Shown here in pieces: positions 13,778 through 28,105 of a stretch of DNA of 64,000 nt (its first letter is position 1; each line of letters starts with the position of its first letter). Both the position numbers and the translations under genes were made by a program. The notes beneath the pieces were generated by a model that saw only the letters and a list, made by a program, of their open reading frames with translations, made no database searches and was not told the origin of the DNA. Origin of the DNA: Octopus vulgaris. Lineage: Eukaryota. The stretch spans positions 18,476,001-18,540,000 of the forward strand of contig OX597818.1 in assembly GCA_951406725.2 (NCBI GenBank). The letters are read 5' to 3'.

Positions 13778-14097
13778 GGTACTTCGTCGGTTGCGACGAC
13801 AAGGGTTCCAGTTGATCTGATACACGGAACAGCTTGCTCGTGAAATTAACGTGAAAGTGGCTGAGAACTCCACTGACACGTGTGCCCTTAACGTAGTTAA
13901 CGGGGAGATTCAGAGAGACACAGAATGGGACAAGGCCGACCCTTTGAATTACAGGTAAAACTCGTTTTTGCCAGCTGAGTGGACTGGAGCAACTTGAAAT
14001 AAAATTCTTGCTCAAGGACTCAACATGCTCCCGAGAATCAAAGTCACGACCTTACGATCGTAAACCTATTACCCTAACCACTAAGACACGCGCCTTC
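13778..14097 (-). mobile_element. tRNA-derived SINE, same family, inverted relative to the 13228 copy
   Basis: Reverse complement shows the same head, body and tail. Confidence 0.85.
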
Positions 14098-14636
14098 ACA
14101 GTAAATCATACAAAGTGGAACAAATTAAACAAATTCAAATGGTATGTACCGTTTAATGTCGATATTTCAAACTTCTACTTGTGTGTGCTTATGTGCATTT
14201 ATCTGTGAATATATGCCTAAATGTCTGAATATGAATAAATGTGTTTGTGTGCGCTTGCGTGTCAGTGTGTGCGTTGGTGTATTTGTATGATTTGGTGTTT
14301 GTTGGCGTACATGTTTTACATAAAAATTCATTTTTTTTGCAACATAAATATTGAAGACACCAAAAGTGAAGCGGAAAAAAACTTCAAATTCTATTGTTAC
14401 GACATAATCACTTGTGACGTAATGACAAGTATATATTTACGTATATATATCGTGTTAGTGTGCGTGTGTTTGTATTCGTGTGCATATGATATTTTCTATC
14501 ATCCTACGGTCGTTCACTTTCTTTTGTTTCCTTTCTCCCTTCTTCAAAGAGTTAAATGTTACTCACTATCGAAAGTACATATAGAAGTACGCTTAGCGTA
14601 CTAAACAAACATTCATACACACACACACATACACAC

Positions 14637-14673
<37 letters not shown>

Positions 14674-15501
14674 TACACACACACACATGTATACATATAT
14701 AAATGTATGTATGTATGTCGTGACGTCCTGTGTCCACATATGCCTATATATATAAGTATAGATGTAAGTATCTACATATACGTATGTATATATGCATGTA
14801 TATTATTTATATTATTATATGATTGAACGACACGCATCCTCTTCCAAGTAAGTTTTATCTTAATAATTCGGATGCGCACTCTATTCTATCTTTACTCTTT
14901 CGTTTTTTCTCTATTCCTTTCTGTTATTCCTCTACTTCCCTTTTCCCCTCCTTTTTTTCTCACTTATCCTATCTCCAATTTGTTCCTCTCCCTTTCACAG
15001 TTCTCTGTCTGTCACTCTCTCTCCCTCACTCTACCTCCCTTGCTCACGTGGCTCCGACATGACCACCGGTCATCTTTCTTTCTTCTCCTAACTTGTCTTT
15101 CTTTGTTTCTCTCCGTTGTAGCTGGATCAAAGAAGACGTGTTCTTGTCTGTCTCCTTTCCAAGCTTGATTAATGCATTCGCTACCACAACCTCGTTTAGG
15201 CTTAGCAGCCCTTCCTGTTTGTTTTCACCAATTTTGACCCTCAGCAAAATCCCAAATTTTATTTAATTAACTTCGCGGGAACAACTGTTTTATCCAAAGT
15301 ATATCTCATATCTTATTGTAAAATACTCGAAATGCGAGAGTAGAAAAACAGCCAACAACTTATGAAGGGTCGTTCTTTATGATGTCTGTCTTGTTTTCTA
15401 TTTGTGTTTTTCTTTGTTCTAAAAAATAGTTCATATTCCATGTACTCATACTTCGTATTATTTGTTGTACACGTTTCGTAACATCCTGTGCCCACATATG
15501 C

Positions 15502-15566
<65 letters not shown>

Positions 15567-15605
15567 GTAACTACGTACATATAAGTATTTATATATGCAT
15601 ATATG

Positions 15606-15639
<34 letters not shown>

Positions 15640-15649
15640 CTTCTATTTC

Positions 15650-16020
15650 TTTGAGTCATTTGACTGCGGCCATGCTGGAGCATCGCCTTGAAGTGCTTTT
15701 GTCGAACAATTTGACCTCAGGGTTTATTTCCGAAGTCCTAGTACTTATTCTACCGGTCTCTTAGCCAAACCACTAAGCTACGGGACGTAAGCACACGAAC
15801 ACCGTTTGTCGATCAATGATGGGGGAAAACACAGACACAAACACACATACACCCACACACACACACGACGGGCGTCTTTCAGTTTCCATCCACCAAATCT
15901 ACTAACAAGCCTTTCGTAGGCCCGAGTCTATAGTAGAAGAAACTTGCCCAAGGTGGTATGCTGAGGGACTAAATCCAGAACCATGTGGTTGGGAAGCAAC
16001 CTTCTTACCACACACCCACA
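15650..16020 (-). mobile_element. tRNA-derived SINE with internal microsatellite (head GTGTGGTAAGAAG..GCTTCCCAACCACATGG; tail CCAGCATGGCCGCAGTCAAATGACT)
   Basis: Same family as 29025, 31886/35845 and 44870; head has A/B-box-like motifs and CCTTGGGCAAG. Confidence 0.85.
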
Positions 16021-16035
16021 CCATATATATATGTG

Positions 16036-16096
<61 letters not shown>

Positions 16097-16123
16097 TAGG
16101 TAGCTAAGTAGATGTAGGTATAT

Positions 16124-16156
<33 letters not shown>

Positions 16157-17261
16157 CCGTTCTGAATAAATATTTATTGAAGACACAGCCCTGGATATAA
16201 CCCAGGACCGTGACCTCTCATCGTAGAAATCAGGCCCAAAGCTTGAAGCAGAATGGATTCCTCTGTTATAGGATCACAATAGTCAAGTGTTGTTCTTAAA
16301 CTAGGCGGCGGGTTAGTCTACCATTCAAATTGGCCAAGGCGATATTTGAACTCGGAATTCAAAGAGGCGGAACAAATATTGTAATGCTTCTCCACCAACG
16401 TTCTAATGATAACGGCAGTTCACTGCTTTTAATTTCCCTGACCTCTGAATGATAAAAAGTAAGTTTGGTCTTGCTGAGATTTGAAATCAGAATGTAAGGT
16501 GTCAGAAAGAATAACACATGATATTACACAAGGTGTTCTAACGACTCCGCCAGAATTCCGCTCATTGCTCTCTAAGTCTCAAAATTTGGACGCGTCACAA
16601 CAATCTAACGGACGACTCGTCAAACTCTAGAAGGTGAAGACCGCTGCTACTTAAATCAGCGAGCCAACGGAGAAACCTCTACGCGGTTCCTCACCCACAT
16701 AGCAGCTAAATCTTTCTCATACCTTACCTGCGCACCACACTAGATAATGTAGTGTTCTGTACCCAAGGAAAAAGATAGGGTATTGAGGTTGGAAATAATT
16801 TTGATATTTGGTTCCCTCAAGTAAAGAATACCTGGAGCTAATCAAGGACAAGAACAAAGAACTATAATTCAGTGTATGCTTACAACAAATGTTAATGTAT
16901 CTTACTGACTTAGCAGCGAATCCAGGGATGAAAAAAAAAACGCTACCCATAGAGGAGCAAATGAACTGTCGATCTCTCGACCATTGACTGGCAATCCGCC
17001 AATCTATCTATTATTGCATACACCTGCTCATATCTTTATCTCCCATAATATATTTTCCGTTTGTGTATTCCTATGAAACACCCCACTGTTTTATCTGTGG
17101 CGAATTTCAACACTAAGCAGATTTTCTCACACAATAATATTTTACGAAAATAATCCTTCTTCTTACAGTACGCACAAAACACACACACGCACATACATAC
17201 ATACATACATACATACATACATACATACATACATGCATGCATGCATACATACATACATACA

Positions 17262-17295
<34 letters not shown>

Positions 17296-17908
17296 CATAC
17301 ATACATATACACGCGCGATCACAGAGACATATGCCCACACAGCGTAGGTTTCGTTTCTCATTTTCGCATTTTAAAAACATACACAAACATACACACACAC
17401 GCGCGCACGCACACACATGCTTGCGTATACCAACCCACACATACCTATATATTTCATTCACCTGCTTTATTTTTTTGTATTTTACTCTTTCACTTTCTGT
17501 CATTCATTCCATGTCGCCATTCTCTGCTATCTCGTGTCTTGCACTAGCTCTTTATATCTCCTTTATTTGAGAGTTTATTTGTCCGCCTACCTCCTCCTAC
17601 TCCTCCTCCTCGCCCCCTCCCCCTACCTGCTCCCTTCTTCCTCTCCTCTCTCCTGTCCCCCCCTCTTCGCTTAATTCAGTATGTGTGCATGTGCATATTA
17701 AAGAGAGAGAGAGAGAAATGGAAATATTTATAGATATATGGCTTATTTAAACGAAATAATCCATACATTCTACATCTTTTGAGTCCAGCTCCTCGTTCAT
17801 CGACAAAAGTCAACATTTAAATGTAATACATACACACACATGTATTACATTTAAATGTTGACTTTTCTATCTCTCTCTCTTTTTCTCAATCAATCGATCA
17901 ATCAATCA

Positions 17909-17994
<86 letters not shown>

Positions 17995-18099
17995 TTATCT
18001 ACCTATCTGTGTACCTATTTATATATTTATATCCACATATACACCTGCAGAACTTCACTGCTTTATGGACACTTCACTTTAGGAAGATTCCTCGCGTAT

Positions 18100-18900
18100 G
18101 TAAATTGTAAAGTATGAATACTAATTTGGGGATTTCAGTTTGTAATTTCGCTTTTATGAAAACTCGGATAAATTTACTAATTTAGATTCTACTCGTTCTT
18201 CTTAACCAAAACATTCAGTGTTTTAGATAGTAACTCTTCTACAGTCTGTAATCATACAATATATACCCCCGCTTCAGTCTCTCACCCTTTCGTAGTCTTT
18301 TTAGATTCATAGGATTACCACAGTTTCTTTCTCCTCACGTAACAGTTCGTTCTTGGTGTTACTAGATTTACTTCATATTTGTTTCGAAAGAAACCAATAT
18401 GTGAAACTCAAGTTGGGGTGAAAAGGAACCGTAAAAGCCTTAAATTGAATATTAAAATTGATGTTTTAAAAACGCTTGGAGCATGAGAAAAAATGAGTTA
18501 CAATATCAAATCATTAAATGTTATGTCGGTTACGGTGGAGAAATATGTGAAAATAGACAGGAAATTAAACAGAGTGCTCAATAAACTACTCTGCTGACTG
18601 CTCGGATTTAATTTTTTCATTAATCCAAAGTAATAGGACGCTTAAAGCGGAATGGCTCTTGAGCTTATGGATCGTCGATAAGCCTCGATATAATATGCAG
18701 ATAAGCATAATGGTACATTTTTTTAAAACCGAAAGTTTGTGTGACGATTTGCAGAATAAAGGAGGTGAAACCTCTAATGCACAACGCTTTCTTGCTAGTA
18801 AATTTAATAATCCTTTTCCGACCTACTGGTAATCGATATCATGAAAATTAAAAATTATCTAAATTCTTATGTTTAACAGATAAATCTAGTTATCCGTATA
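18100..18900 (-). mobile_element. Decayed Penelope-like RT remnant
   Basis: Minus-strand LYRGLSTIHK followed by a frameshifted RPI (~18630-18695) resembles the PLE motif LYGLPKIHK..PLRPI. Confidence 0.4.
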
Positions 18901-18937
18901 GGTCTCACAAAATATTAAAAAAGCTTAAATAATAATA

Positions 18938-19174
18938 CCTATTTCTTTACTACCCACAAGGGGCTAAACACAAAGAGGACAAACAAGGACAGACAAACGG
19001 ATTAAGTTGATTATATCGACCCCAGTGCGTAACTGGTACTTATTTAATCGACCCCGAAAGATGAAAGGCAAAGTCGATCTCAGCGGAATTTGAACTCAGA
19101 ACGTAGTGGCAGACGAAATACCGCTAGGCATTTCGCCCGGCGTGCTAACGTTTTTGCCAGCTCGCAGCCTTAGA
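18938..19174 (-). mobile_element. Intact tRNA-derived SINE with 13-bp TSD
   Basis: B box GAGTTCAAATTCC on minus strand; TSD TTAAATAATAATA at 18925-18937 and 19175-19187. Confidence 0.92.
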
Positions 19175-19223
19175 TTAAATAATAATATTATTAAAACTGT
19201 TAGGTAATGATCTGATCAAAATA

Positions 19224-19730
19224 TATGGGGTCTGTTGCTAATGAAACAGAGTTAAAGTACGAAGAGTGAAGCTGTTTGGCATAATTTGATCTTGAACTCT
19301 GTTGCACATGCAAACAGAATTCTGTTTTCGCTCATTTCCGTTGTTTACAGTTGTGCTTGGAATTAAAGTGTGTCGGTTGTATTTGTCTCAAAAATAACAA
19401 CGGGTTTTACCTGCGCAGGATCTCCTTGATTGTATCGAGAAAGAAGAAAATTTGAAAACGCTCATATCTGGTGAGGAATCGTGAGACTATGGCTACGACC
19501 CCGAAACCAAGGCAAAAATCATATCCCAATGGAAAGGAAGAAGATTTCAAGACATCGAAGAAATCTAAGAGACTTCGAGGAGGCAGCTGCTCGCTGTCCT
19601 CCCAAAAGAGTTCCAGAAATACTGCCATCAATGGAAACGATGTTGGATAAAGTGTGTGAGATAAGTTTGAAGGAAATTAAAATCCGGATTGATATCTGTT
19701 GTAGTTTTCTTATTATAGATCAAACCTTGT
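19224..19730 (+). mobile_element. Internally deleted mariner remnant
   Basis: GEES*DYGYDPETKA..SQWK fused to KGRRFQDIEEI..FQKYCHQWKRCWIKCV (mariner first-D region joined to the C-terminus). Confidence 0.7.
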
Positions 19731-19799
19731 AATGACTTGTAATGATATTAATACCGAGGTTAAAGTCGTGACTTGAAAAATACGCTTTGCTAACAAGGT

Positions 19800-22770
19800 A
19801 GAATAACTTGCTAAACGAGTTTTACACCACGGTTAAGGACCAAGCGTTGATTTCAAAATTGACCTTAGGTATTCAGTAATTAAATCGGATAAAACAAGTC
19901 AGACTAATTTGTTGAAAGATTACTAGGAAGATTAATTATAAAGTTAAGAAATTGTGAAATTTACATAGTTATCGAAAAGCTAAAAACATTAGACAATCAT
20001 ATATCTAAATTTAGATTTTAGGTACTGGATATAATTAACTTTTATAACACATTCACTTAATATTAATGGGAATAAAACAAAACGATATTACTATATAGAT
20101 AAGATTGACCTAGAGATATTCCTACATGCCAGGGAAACTTAGACCTCCGATAAATACTCTGGACTTGTGAAAAAGATCTGACACTGTAGGCAGCTGTAAT
20201 GTACAGGTCATTCGTCTGTCGGCCCAAATATACAGAACATTCTGAAAGGAATATTCAAATGCAATTTTGGGGCGACGGCGAAGCCCTACTTACTTATGCA
20301 AAGAGCAGTACATTAGATGAATCTAGAAGGTAACTTAGTACTTTCAACTAAGTAAGATTGAAATCAATATAAAACACTAGCAGTAAGACGCGCATGCGTA
20401 ATGTGATGAAGGCGAAAGATTGGGATAGGGCAAGTGTTGAGGCCAATTAAAGAATTGCTCTCAATTGGTTGGTCAGTGAGCTTTGAATAACTTGAGGAGT
20501 TAAAGAATGTGGAAGGGAACAAAGGAGTAGTAGTGTAAGGGATGGATAGAGTTGTTGCCATCTTAGAAGAAAAAGGAAAAGAGAGAGATGGAGAGAGGAC
20601 GTAAGAGAGAGAGAATATTGTTTGAAGGAAATACATAGTAAAGCTTGTCAAAGTAGTTTTTAAGGCAAGAAGAGAGAGAAAGGGAGGGGGAGGGAGAGAA
20701 AGAGGGGAGAGAGAGGGTATCAAGAAGAAATCGTTATCGAAATACATAAATATATAGGGAAATCAATAGGTATCTAATAATCTCTACTCTCGGTACAAGG
20801 CCCAATTAAGAAGAATCTAATAATGAGCTGTTTTTAAGTTAGTGGTAATTATAATTGCCATCGTCATGATCCTCACCTTCCCCTTTTCCAGCTTCCCCTT
20901 CTCCAGCTGCCCCTCCTTATCATCTTGATCGTCATCATCATCCAATTGAGGATAATGAACCATTAGATTGAGAATAGCTATAAAATTTAAAATCAAGTGA
21001 AACTAGATTAATGAAAAAAGTTTAATGTATGAAAAATTAATCATAAACTCTTAAATACGGAATGATATTAAAGTCAATTTCCATTGATATTAAAATTAAG
21101 GAAAATGGTTTAAAAGTCATATTCAAATTAAATCTCTATTTAATAAAATTGAACCAATAAAAGATTTAAAGGGTTGAGAAATTAATACACTGAAGCAGAC
21201 TTATAAATTTTAATCTAAATTTAAAACGTTTAATTATATTTTAACGTATTTTGTTTAGTGATAAACGGAGAATAAAAATGGAAACCGAAATTCCATGTTA
21301 AAAAAAAACTGATTTTAATTAACAAATATTATAAAGACTATTATTCAGCTAATGAACAATGCGTAACATATGACATAACTCTGTTTTAATATTGATGAAG
21401 TGATTGAAGTCATGTATATAAGAGCGTGATAGGATAAAGATGATAGAAATAAAAGCGAAGCAAACGATTAATACATTATAAAATTAATAAACGTAACATA
21501 AACAGAATGAAATGTAATTTGCACTAAAACTTTTTATTAAGGATTTTTTAAGGTATGTGACCTACTGTTAAACAGAAAAGTATAGTGTGTGCGAGGGTAA
21601 TGGTAGTAATTTCAACAATAAACTTCGCCAATATTAAAAGCTATAAATTGTATGCTGTAAAATAGTGCAACGCCTAGTGGTTTTACAACGACATGAGAAA
21701 AATAGAAGCATGGAGGATGGAACGAGGTGGCGGATAAACATAGAATAGTTAAAGAATAATAACTACCTTATAAAAGGAAATATTTAATTAAAATTGGTGC
21801 ATAATAAAGAGTATACTAACTGTTCATTATTAGTATGAGTAATTAATAGCTTTAAAATGTTTTTACGTCTTAGAACATGCAGTACATGTATGGCAGATAA
21901 CATTTAGACTGGTCCGATTCAGAAGGAGAATTCTGGAAAAGAAGGCTTTCTGTGTTTTATACATTGCATAGTTTCTTATTACTTTTGTATTACCGATGGC
22001 TTCTCGTATGTAGAAGAATGTATTACCCATATTAATAATGTATTACCCATGGATTCTCGTATGTACATTGATCTATAGGGATTCCTAAAGATGTTGGTGT
22101 GGGAGTAATAACTTTGCCTGAAACGTCTCAATGCCTTACCAGTATAAATCTTCTGTGTATAATTTGTCTACACAGCGCAGTGAGAAACAATGTCTTTAGT
22201 TAAACATTGTTAGAATGCAAGGCATGAGCCAGAGTCGCGGCAGTGACGTTGCTTGCTAGAGCAGTGTTTTTATTGTTTGTTTAGTTTAGATATGATGGAG
22301 TTGATAATGTTATGGTCAACATTTGCGCTAGTTGAGCACAATAAAGCTTTTGGTAAAATTGGTAGTGTCTTTGCTGATTGGAAAAGAGTTAAGGATTGAG
22401 ACGAATAGTTTTTGGAGTTGCTACTGCTGAGTTGAAGGGTGTGATATACTAGATAATATGTGTACCTCTATTGTAATTTGAGATTCTATATATGTTAACT
22501 TGTTCTTAAAATCAGTTCTAGATTGGCTACTATTATACATTTGGGAAGAGTTCTTAAAGAATTGTTCATTGTATGAGAACCTGATGGATATGTTATAACT
22601 AAGCATCTTATGAAGTTCTAAGAATTGTTTGAGAGTAAGCAGATATAATATAGGGATTCCTTGGGTTGTGGAATGGGTGCTTTTAGATCTACAGTATATA
22701 GATGTTAGCACGGATAACGATGGCGGGTAAGGGTGGTGTCAGCAGTGAAATGCAATCCAAGTTTCTTGAA
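19800..22770 (-). mobile_element. Putative heavily decayed, near full-length Penelope-like element
   Basis: Scattered minus-strand remnants in PLE order: LFLTALCRQIIHR (~22150-22200), LAKFIVEI (~21610-21635), CSVYLGRQT (GIY-YIG-like, ~20215-20242). Confidence 0.4.
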
Positions 22771-23930
22771 GAAGTTTTTCTTTAACTTTTTCCGTTCTTT
22801 TGGTTTGCATTTGTATAGAGTATATTGTCCCAGTGTCTTCTAACGATGCCTGTAAAAGTAAATTCTAAGGTGGTTTTGCGGATACAGGCCGATAATGTAG
22901 ATCACCGAACCGCTAGTCATCAAAGCGCTAGAATGTTCTACATGTACAGGTAACTTATATTATTCTCCAGGCACAGCAACATCTACTGCGACGAATCTAA
23001 TTGGACAAATGACTATTGCAATACTTCTTCGATGTCAGCATGACTTACCAAAGGTCAACGACCTCATTATTCTAATAATGTAACACCACATTAGGATTCA
23101 CTTCACAGCCATTAGTGAAGGATTATATCTAGATGGTGGACTATTGACTCTCAGCTTCAACGTTTTAATCTCTTAATCCTTTAAATCTTTCAGTCGTTTA
23201 GTATCATTATTAAGAAATAATCATTCTTGATTTAATTTGTATAATATGACCTTTAAATTGTTCTTCCCTGAACTTTAATAACATTGGAGTGATTCTTAAG
23301 TGTTTATTAGTATTAATATGTTATGCTTTTCTCTTCGGAGCATTTTTCATAAAATTCAAATTATATAGCTATTATCAATTTAATGGTTCAGTATTCTTCA
23401 ACGATGTTGGCAAGTATAATTGCTACTAACTTAATAACACTTCATTCTTTTGCTCTTATAGCTATTGATTTATTTACTTCCATTTTCTTAATTATTTATC
23501 TATCAATTTATTTATTTATTTGTTTGTCTATTTATTTTAGTTACATTTCATTCCCCCTCTTCATACGTCTCACTTTTCTTAAAATCTCATCTAATTCAAT
23601 GACAATAAAAACGTTTTACTCTCTATTTCATCCAGAGAGTACTCTCCTCTATCTGACCTTTTCTATTGGGCAGCCAACTACATTCCTTCCGTCTGTGATA
23701 ATTTCTGCGTATGCATTATTATTATGGCCGGGTTCCAACCCAGGCCAATTTTGGCTTTCACTAGTCGACCAGATTTAACATGTTGATGTTTGTGTATATG
23801 AAGCTATGTATGTATGTATGTATGTATGTATGTATGTATGTATGTATGTATGTATGTATGTATGTATGTATGTATGTGTGTCTGTGTATATGTAAGTATG
23901 TATGTGTGTCTGTGTATATGTATGTATATA

Positions 23931-25164
23931 TCAGGTTGATGCAAAGGTAAAGGACGATGTTTTAGAAAACTATTTTAGATGGTATTTTTTAAAAATTGTA
24001 CCTCTTGCAATGTTTTAAGTATGTCACAATGAGTAATTTATACATTTTTCTTTGAGATTCAAATTGTATTGGCCATATCCTTCTTCTATATTCGCACTCC
24101 CATGTTCGTCCCATCTAAACATGTCTTACTCTATGAGTTTCATAACGATGTCAATGCAAGTACAGCAGCAAAGTCTCTTCTGAGAGTTCATGGGGATGAT
24201 GTAGTGAGTGAAAGAAGTTGCAGGAGATGGTTTTCTCGCTTCAGAAGTGGGATTTGAGGTTGAAAGAAGAACCAAAAGAAGGTCGTTCAAAACAATTTGA
24301 TACCGAAGAGTTGGAAGCTGTTGTCACCGAAAATCCAACCGCTACTTGTAGAGAACTTGGGGAATAGTTTAACGTAGCCCATAAAACTGTTTTACACCTA
24401 CTGAAAAGGATCGGAAAGGTATCAGTGGTTGGAAAAGGGGTCCCGTAAGAACTGTCTCCAGAGAATCTGCAGCAGTGTGTTCTTGTCAGTCATTGCTTTC
24501 ACGACACCTTAGGGAACCGTTTTTAGGAAGGCGTGTTGCAGGTGATGAGAAATGGATCTTTTACCATAAACACCGCGTTACCATAACGTTAAACACCGAG
24601 GAGGAAAACCTGTTCAATAATCACGAAGAGGACTTCATCGAAGGAAGATCATGTTGAGCATATGGTGGGATATTGAAGAAATTTTGCATTACGAACAGTT
24701 AGACAACAAACAATTATTGCTAATCTCTATTGTGATCAACTTCAGTGTTTGAAAGCTCTTTTCAACAGAAAGCGACCCTGCTTACCCAGAAAGGGTGTCA
24801 TCTATCATAATAATGTTCCTCCTCACACAACTCGACTGACCAACGATCTCTTGAAAGAGCTTGCTTGGGAAATATTGCTTCATTCTCCATATTCTCCAAA
24901 GCTTGCTCCTTCTGATTATCACTTGTTTGGGGGATTACAGAACCATTTGAATGGTCTTAGATTGACATCAAGACAAGAGTTTGAAAATGAGTTCGATTAA
25001 TATTTCGCATCAAACTTAAAGAATTTTACAAGCGTGACATTTATAAGCTTGTTGACAGATGGAATGACATTCTAAAAAGCAATAGAAATTATGTTAACGA
25101 ATCATGGGCTTTTTCATTTTTAATAGAGACCTCAAAATCGGCCATTACCTTTACACCTACCTGA
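23931..25164 (+). mobile_element. Full-length, inactivated mariner transposon
   Basis: TIRs TCAGGTTGATGCAAAGGTAAAGGACGAT / ATCGGCCATTACCTTTACACCTACCTGA; KHVLLYEF..RRWFSRFRSG, GDEKWIFY, HSPYSPKLAPSDYHLF across ORFs 24069, 24475, 24749. Confidence 0.95.
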
Positions 25165-25756
25165 TGTATGTATGTATGTATGTATGTATGTATGTATGTA
25201 TGTATGTATGTATGTATGTATGTATGTATGTATGAATGTATGTATGCATGTATGTATGTTATGTGTGTGTGTGTGCGTGTGTGTGTGTGTGTGTGTGTAT
25301 GTATAAAATTTATTTAATTTCAATCTTTGCGCTACTTGTAATTAGTAATCTAATACAACTTGTCGCATAGTCGGGTCGTCAGCAACTACGTCGAAAAACC
25401 TACATAGCCTGCACATCCTGCTTGACGAAAAAAAAACCCATCTGACAAAGGACAGATGATCTCACTAGAAACAACGGCTATTAAACAGCTGGAAGTGAGA
25501 CACCTCTAATCTTTGTTTGGACATCTCTCTAGGAAAAGGAAATTCCGAAATGACAACCACTTCATTGCGAGACCGGAGGCCTTCCTCTCACTTGTATCTG
25601 GACTATATTGTAAGTGAGAGTCAAAACATGTTTTGCAAGCTGTTATTGATTTGAAATTTCCTCATGGGCATTGCTGACAGCTATAGTCTATAACATTTAG
25701 GATAAGATAATTTGTCAGTGATGGTCATACTTGCCTACAAGTTGACAGTTACCACA

Positions 25757-26104
<348 letters not shown>

Positions 26105-26197
26105 ATCAGGTTAATAAAAAATTTAGAAATTTTTTACTACCAGTAGCCTAGAGTGTAGAGAAATTGGTCAATAGACTATATATTATTCATATAAATA

Positions 26198-26665
26198 CAG
26201 TGTACTTTTAAGCACATAAGAGGTAACCTAGCACGCTAGAAGAAATAACCAAAATCCAAACCACTATTAGGGATAAATTTCGAAGGGAATGAAAAATATA
26301 AACATTTACCATCTATGTCCTGGACCATGGTTTCTAGCTCTATATCAGCAAATAAAATGATTTGGCAGGCGGAGCTTTCATCAACAGGTACGCCAAGATT
26401 AAACATATAAATACGAGGCAATCCAGCATGTGACCCGTGCTTATATATTATAATTTTTCAGGTTTCTGTCGGCCGAGGAAAGCTCCGCCTGGCAAAGTAT
26501 TTTATTTGCTAATAGAGAGCTAGAAGCCATGGTCCAGGAGATAGATGGTAAATGTTTTAATTTTTCAGTCCCTTCAAAATTTATCCATAATAGTGGTTTG
26601 GATTTCGGCTATTCCTTCTAGCGTGCTAGGTTTCCTAAGATGGTTACCCTTTGCTTAAATGTACA

Positions 26666-26668
<3 letters not shown>
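26198..26668. mobile_element. Foldback/MITE element with ~190-bp TIRs
   Basis: TA|CAGTGTAC ... GTACACTG|TA; arms ~26198-26385 and ~26473-26668 are reverse complements (e.g. CCTAGCACGCTAGAAG / CTTCTAGCGTGCTAGG, GGCGGAGCTTTC / GAAAGCTCCGCC). Confidence 0.88.
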
Positions 26669-26708
<40 letters not shown>

Positions 26709-26945
26709 TAGCTTTGCGGAAACCATGGTATGCTTTGTTTTCTGACTTTCTAATCATCTCATAATAATGACTTTTATTACTACCTCAGTCCATCTAAATG
26801 TATATATCTGTTGGTACCTTTCATAGAAAGCCTTTTTTTTTAATTTACAATGGCCATTTTCGTTGATTTTTCATATCTTACCCTTACATTTCAACGTGTA
26901 TTTTGTATTTTGTATTTTATATTTTCTATTTATAACATATTTCTA

Positions 26946-27005
<60 letters not shown>

Positions 27006-27021
27006 GTATATATATGAATAA

Positions 27022-27070
<49 letters not shown>

Positions 27071-27525
27071 GTGTGCTGTTCCGTGATGGTAAGAACAACA
27101 ACAGGTAAGAGATTCGTATTATCTAATAAACACAATATTAATTCGATGAGCTGCTAATAGTTTCAGGAGATGCAAAACAGCTCGGACAACATTTTATGTC
27201 ACGTCTGGTGCCTTCATGCATACTTCGAGCTCTGTCCACATGGCATAACAAGCTAAAACAGGACGATGGGATGAAAGAAAATGCGAGAAAAAGTGAGAAG
27301 GAAGTAGATATAAAATATGGAAGGTTGAAAACACCGGAAAATGAAAGCAGAAAGAAAGCAGAAAGAAAAAAGAAACTGGGGGACATGACTATTTACCCCC
27401 TTTTTTCTTTGTTTTATTTTTCTGTTTTCCTTAAAGGCGGTGTTCCAGCATGGCCACAGTCAAATGACTGAAACAAGTAAATGAGTAAATGAGTAAAAGT
27501 ATATAGAAATGAATTTACACAAATA

Positions 27526-27557
<32 letters not shown>

Positions 27558-28105
27558 CAGGGTGTCCCCAAAAAATGTATACACACCTTAAATAATTGTA
27601 AATTTGGGGTTTATTATAATTCGAATAATTTTCAACATGTAAAAGAATTTACAAATATCATTCTATTGTCTTGTTATCGCATGTTCTCAAACTGATGTTC
27701 GTTCTGCTCCAGACACTGCTGACAACGCGAAGCGATGGAATGGCACACATCATGGAACAATTCCCTTGGGATATTCGTACATTCATGTTCAATGGTTGCC
27801 CTCAATTGAACGACTGTTGCAGGTTTCTGTGCGTAGACTTTGTCCTTTAGGTATCCCCATAAAAAGAAGTCTAGTGGTGTGAGGTCTGGTGAACGTGGAG
27901 GGTATTCGACAAAATCTCTCCGTCCAATCCACCTGTTTGGCAAGATCCCATCAAGAAAGGATCTAACATCGCGATGGTAGTGTGGAGGTGCCCCATCTTG
28001 CTGGAAATAAAACTCTTCCTGTTCAAAGTCCTCCCTAATGCTTGGCATGACAGACTGTTGCAGCAAGTTCAAGTAAACAGGACTAGTCACAGTAGCGTCA
28101 AAAAA
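27558..28105 (-). mobile_element. Tc1/mariner DD41D (rosa-type) transposon, 3' half with TIR
   Basis: ORF 27674..28090: [29 protein letters not shown], with 41 residues between 2nd and 3rd D; TIR TA|CAGGGTGTCCCCAAAA; 5' part lost at a SINE fragment near 28112. Confidence 0.9.
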
